Source: Acidimicrobiaceae bacterium
GTDB lineage: Bacteria; Actinomycetota; Acidimicrobiia; Acidimicrobiales; RAAP-2
DNA length: 64,000 bases
Reading direction: 5' to 3'
Assembly: GCA_003160635.1 (NCBI GenBank)
Contig: PMLV01000229.1
Coordinates: 3,214-67,213 of the forward strand
Of the stretch, positions 61,165 through 64,000 are shown piece after piece. The notes under the pieces were generated by a model. The model was not told the origin of the DNA and searched no databases. It saw only the letters and a program-made list of their open reading frames with translations. Each line of letters begins with the position of its first letter. Position 1 is the stretch's first letter. A program made the translations under genes and the position numbers.

Positions 61165-61941
61165 ATGGACCTTGAAGCGATCGAGTTCGAGCTGGCCGAC
61201 GACCACGTTGCCACCATCACGCTCAACCGTCCGGACGCGTTGAACTCGTGGAACGATCAGATGGCGGCCGAAGTCTCGTGGGCCTGGGAGACCATCCGGG
61301 AAGATGACGCGGTCCATGCCGTCGTCGTGCAAGCCAACGGGGACCGCGCCTTCTGTACGGGTGCCGATGTCAGGGGGGGCACGTCGTGGTTCTTCCGGGC
61401 AAATGTGTGGAACACCTTCGATCCCGGGGTGACCCTTTCGCCGAAGTCGCATCACCGGTGCTGGAAGCCGGTGGTGACTGCGGTGCACGGGATAACGGCG
61501 GGTGGCGCCCAGTACTTCCTGAACGAGGCCGACATCATCATCGCCGCCGACGATGCCGAGTTCTTCGACCCGCACGCCTCGGCAGGAATCGTCTCGTCCC
61601 TCGAGCCCATCGGGATGCTGTATCGCGGCATGCCCCTCGGAGATGTCCTTCGTTGGGCCCTCATGGGGAGCGAGGAGAGGATCACGGCGGCCACGGCCCT
61701 GCGCCTCGGCCTGGTCACCGAAGTCGTGCCCCGGAGCGAACTTCGGGCCCGCGCCCGCCAGATCGCCGCGTCGATCGCGGCACGGAATCCCCGGGCGATA
61801 CAGGGGACGGTGCGCGCGATATGGGAGTCGCTCGACATGACACGCGCGGCCGCACTGCAAAACGGCATGGCCTACACCCACATCGGTAACACCCCCCGGT
61901 CAACGCCACCCCGACCGAAGGACCCCCCCACCTACCGGTGA
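61165..61941 (+). CDS. enoyl-CoA hydratase/isomerase (crotonase) family protein
   Basis: ATG 61165 (MDLEAIEFELADDHVATITLNRPDALNSW). Motifs AFCTGADV and GITAGGAQYF. The upstream part of the 527-aa track ORF is antisense to the GntR gene. Confidence 0.8.
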   Translation: MDLEAIEFELADDHVATITLNRPDALNSWNDQMAAEVSWAWETIREDDAVHAVVVQANGDRAFCTGADVRGGTSWFFRANVWNTFDPGVTLSPKSHHRCWKPVVTAVHGITAGGAQYFLNEADIIIAADDAEFFDPHASAGIVSSLEPIGMLYRGMPLGDVLRWALMGSEERITAATALRLGLVTEVVPRSELRARARQIAASIAARNPRAIQGTVRAIWESLDMTRAAALQNGMAYTHIGNTPRSTPPRPKDPPTYR

Positions 61942-62020
61942 CCGCACCCGCACAGTAGAGTGTCCTCAAATAGTGTGGTGCGCCGACAACCCGAGGGGGC
62001 TGCATGACCACGGAGAGTGT

Positions 62021-63277
62021 GTGCAAGCGGGCCGAGTCGTGACGATCCTCAACGAGCCGGGACCCGGCGTGGTCACCGATCTGGCGGACGACGTCATGTT
62101 CACGAACCCGTTCCCCACGTATGCCAATCTGCGCGAGCGCGCTCGCGTGGCGCCCGCACGCTCAACGCAGCTCCTCGGCGGGGAGGGCTACATGCTGACG
62201 CGCTATGACGACGTGATGCTGCTCCACGGCGATCTTCGTTTCTCGAGCGACACCATGGGGCGGAACGACTCGTGGTTGCTCCGCCATCTCCCTCGGATGT
62301 TCCGTCTCCTGGCCGACAGCATGGTCTACAAGGACGATCCGGATCATGCCCGGCTGCGGCGGCTGGTCAACAAGGCGTTCACCCCTCGCATGGTGCAGGA
62401 GATGTCAGCGGACATCGAGCGGATCGTCGATGAATTGTTGACGGGACTCGCCGGGCGCGACACCGTGGACCTGGTGGACGACTTTGCGGTGCCGCTCCCG
62501 CTCTCGGTCATCTCACGCATGCTCGGGGTCTCGGCGGCCGACCGTGACCAGTTCCATACCCTGACGGCGCGCTTCGTGGCCGGAGTGGGCGGAGGGAGTC
62601 CAACCTCGTTCATCAAGGTCGTCCCCACCGCACGCAAGCTGCTCAAGATGATCGAGCAGATGGCCGACGAACGACGCCGGGTGCCCGACCAAGGAATGAT
62701 CTCAGCCCTGGTGGCCGCCAGCGACGATGGCGACAAGTTGAGCCCGGACGAAGTCGCAGCCATGATCTTCCTGCTCATGTTGGCGGGTCACGACACGACC
62801 GCCAATCTCATCGGCAGTGCGACGTTGGCCTTGCTCGAGCACCCCGACCAAGCAGCCAGGCTGAGAGACGACGGCTCCATCGCTCCGTCGGCGGTGGAAG
62901 AGCTCCTGCGGTTCACCACCCCGGTGCCCTGCGGCGCGGCCAGGATCACGCTCGACGATGTCGACGTCGACGGCACGACCATCCCCAGGGGCAGCAAGGT
63001 CCTCGGCATGATCATCTCCGCCAACCGCGACGAACGCATCTTCGACCACCCCGACGAGCTCGACCTCGGCCGTGATCCGAACCGTCATCTCACGTTCGCC
63101 TTCGGAAAGCACTTCTGCCTTGGCAATCAGCTCGCTCGCATGGAGGGCCAGATCGCCATCCGGTCGCTGGTACAGCGCTTCCCGAACATGGCCTTGGCCG
63201 TCCCCCGGGACCAGCTTCGCTACAAGCCCATCCAGTCGCTCCGCGGACTGCGGAGCCTGCCCCTGCGCCTGCATTGA
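62021..63277 (+). CDS. cytochrome P450
   Basis: I-helix LAGHDTT, EELLR (ExxR) and heme loop FAFGKHFCLGNQLAR. The start is uncertain (GTG 62021 after GGAGAG, GTG 62039, or the track start 61973). Confidence 0.85.
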   Translation: MQAGRVVTILNEPGPGVVTDLADDVMFTNPFPTYANLRERARVAPARSTQLLGGEGYMLTRYDDVMLLHGDLRFSSDTMGRNDSWLLRHLPRMFRLLADSMVYKDDPDHARLRRLVNKAFTPRMVQEMSADIERIVDELLTGLAGRDTVDLVDDFAVPLPLSVISRMLGVSAADRDQFHTLTARFVAGVGGGSPTSFIKVVPTARKLLKMIEQMADERRRVPDQGMISALVAASDDGDKLSPDEVAAMIFLLMLAGHDTTANLIGSATLALLEHPDQAARLRDDGSIAPSAVEELLRFTTPVPCGAARITLDDVDVDGTTIPRGSKVLGMIISANRDERIFDHPDELDLGRDPNRHLTFAFGKHFCLGNQLARMEGQIAIRSLVQRFPNMALAVPRDQLRYKPIQSLRGLRSLPLRLH

Positions 63278-63295
63278 GCGTGCACGCCCGACGGG

Positions 63296-64000
63296 TCACG
63301 GTCGGGCGGCGCGCTTGGCGGCCGCTTCCTCCATCCAACGCGTGAAAGCTTTGCGGTGGTCATCCGTCCGGGCGGACATCGCCATACGCTCACCCTCGAG
63401 CGGGAGCGCCGCGGCCAGGGAGAGCTGTTGGGCCTCTCGTACGTTCTCCTTGAAGTACTGATAGGCGACGCGTGGTCCGTCGGCGATCTTGATCGCCCAC
63501 GCCAGCGCCGCCGCGCGCAGCTCCTCATCAGGCACGACGCGATTGAACAGTCCGAGTGATTGCGCTCGCACGGCATCGATGACCGTGTTCTCGATCAAGA
63601 ATTCCAGGGCGAGGGTAGGACCGACCATCCGGGACAGCAACCAGGGCCCTCCAAAGTCGCCGCTGAACCCGAGCCGGCCCCATCCACCGATGAGCGTGGC
63701 CGAGCTCGCCGCGATGCGGAAATCGGCGGCGAGGGCGAGGCTCATGCCGGCGCCGACCGCGGCTCCCGGCAACGCGGCCAATGTGATCTTGGGGCATTCG
63801 TAGAGCATCGGGATCATGCGTGCGTCGTCAGCCAGCATCTGGCCCTGTTCCTTCATCGTCTTCTTCTGAGGGGGCGCGTCGCCGGTGGCGGGTCGCCGGA
63901 ACGTTCCCCCTCCGACATCGCCGCCCGAGCAGAACGACGCCCCGGCGCCGGTGACCATGATGCAGCCGACGTCCGGATCGTCGACGAAGCGCTCGATCAA
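63296..64000 (-). CDS. enoyl-CoA hydratase/isomerase family protein (N-terminus beyond window edge)
   Basis: GAGASFCSGGDV and LPGAAVGAGMSLALAADFRIA crotonase motifs. The reading frame stays open to the window end. Confidence 0.8.
   Translation of the reverse strand: MIERFVDDPDVGCIMVTGAGASFCSGGDVGGGTFRRPATGDAPPQKKTMKEQGQMLADDARMIPMLYECPKITLAALPGAAVGAGMSLALAADFRIAASSATLIGGWGRLGFSGDFGGPWLLSRMVGPTLALEFLIENTVIDAVRAQSLGLFNRVVPDEELRAAALAWAIKIADGPRVAYQYFKENVREAQQLSLAAALPLEGERMAMSARTDDHRKAFTRWMEEAAAKRAARP

Overview
This is a high-GC, very gene-dense chromosomal segment that looks actinobacterial: GTG/TTG starts, GGAGG-type ribosome-binding sites, many 1-4 nt ATGA/GTGA/TGATG stop-start overlaps, several LLM/F420-type oxidoreductases and mycofactocin-type SDRs. 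I support 56 protein-coding genes (two cut by the window edges) plus one gene relic. I recognised no rRNA, tRNA, CRISPR array, transposase, integrase or phage gene. All functional calls come from motifs I recognised by eye in the supplied translations; no database search was run.

The content is almost entirely catabolic, arranged in about a dozen operon blocks.
- Hotdog hydratase pair, thioesterase II, and an esterase / Baeyer-Villiger monooxygenase / epoxide hydrolase cassette.
- Eight amidohydrolases: three long D-aminoacylase-family paralogs, four PF04909-type, one other.
- ATP-dependent hydantoinase/oxoprolinase HyuA/HyuB.
- Four acyl-CoA synthetases, four acyl-CoA dehydrogenases, two crotonases and a fused double family-III CoA-transferase.
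- Seven SDRs, two MDR dehydrogenases, four LLM oxidoreductases, a Rieske oxygenase and a P450.
- Two TetR and two GntR/FadR regulators.

The best reading is an accessory-type catabolic island for alicyclic/terpenoid/lipid-like and N-acyl/lactam substrates, not a defence or mobile island.

Items most worth a second look:
1. A single-chain MoxR-AAA+/VWA protein lying between two convergent D-aminoacylase paralogs, downstream of hyuAB.
2. An internally duplicated DUF2889-like protein translationally coupled between two amidohydrolases.
3. Two independent intercistronic 15-bp x3 tandem repeats, each copy carrying the upstream gene's stop codon in frame.
4. A 62-nt AT-rich element, 54/62 identical, at two divergent promoter regions, containing a conserved mini-uORF.
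5. A covalently duplicated GntR/FadR regulator.
6. An apparent frameshift in a G5 run at the hyuB/aminoacylase junction.
7. A Cys-less acetone-carboxylase-gamma-like tail on HyuB.
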